Shown piece after piece: positions 63,480 to 64,000 of a stretch of DNA of 64,000 nt. Each line of letters starts with the position of its first letter. Within the stretch, counting starts at the first letter, position 1. The stretch is from Gnetum montanum (lineage: Eukaryota; Plantae; Gnetophyta), in assembly GCA_015680685.1 (NCBI GenBank), contig MNCI01002555.1, forward strand, positions 691,419-755,418, written 5' to 3'. The notes below the pieces were generated by a model. It searched no databases, had not been told where the DNA came from, and saw nothing but the letters and a program-made list of their open reading frames with translations. The position numbers and the translations under genes were made by a program.

Positions 63480-64000
63480 AATTAGTTAGAGTTTATGGCT
63501 TCCAAAAAGTAGAGGGTCATCCAATAGCAAGTACTATGTAAACTACAAGGTAGTGCAACTAGCACCCTTCCACAGTCCTAATCGGAAGGCATTCATACCT
63601 TTTGGAAAAAAATATTTTCTTAGAGTTTTAGGCTACCAAAAGGCAAAGGATCATTTAGAAGGAAAAAGATCAATTAGAAAGCATCTAGGCCTTATAATAG
63701 GGAATAAATAGTTAGAGTTTGTAGCTTCCAGAAGGCAAAGGATCATCTAGTAGTAAGTACTACATAAATTACGAGGCAATATGACTAGCACCAGCCCATA
63801 GTCCCAAATGGAAGGCATTTAACCCTTCTAAAAGGGAACAATTTCTTGAAGTTTGAGGCTAATAGAAGGCTAAAGATCATCCAAAAGGAATTCATACCTT
63901 CTGAAAGGGAATAATTGGTTGGAGTTTATGGCTTCTAGAAGGTAAAGGATTATCTGATAGCAAGTCCTATGTAAACTGCAAGGCAATGTAACTAGAAACC
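63480..64000. repeat. ~210-225-bp degenerate tandem repeat
   Basis: GAGTTT(A/G)TGGCTTC...AAGTACTA...CAAGG units start at about 63490, 63715 and 63922. Confidence 0.65.

Overview
Gene-free plant heterochromatin-like window built from nested, decayed Ty3/gypsy LTR retrotransposons. Most are Tat-clade: tRNA-Asn PBS TGGCGCTAGAAGGAGGG, CxxHxxxxHxxxxC gag knuckle, pol order RT-RH-aRH-INT. There is also one Athila-like element with a tRNA-Asp PBS. Reconstructed elements: C (minus, 1029-29560) is interrupted by full-length A (plus, 5346-21700, TSD ATTAC/AGTAC) and by LTR H (1-1028). D (minus, 30749-38547) is interrupted by B (minus, 38548-50830), which is itself interrupted by E (plus, LTR 50831-53158 plus gag). 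Athila-like F is inserted in the protease of G (minus, 58479-63406). Main discovery: in these Tat elements gag-PR and RT are separated by a ~5.8 kb apparent intron, which holds tandem repeats and an antisense, intron-containing gene. In A and B this gene has 8 reconstructable exons (~1100 aa). It encodes an FCP1/SCP (NIF, HAD-phosphatase)-like domain, a plant-mobile-domain/Transposase_32-like region, a coiled coil and an acidic tail. C carries a different multi-exon antisense gene in the same slot. All coding sequences are pseudogenised, mostly by C-to-T/G-to-A stops. Domain assignments come from manual motif recognition, not from database searches.
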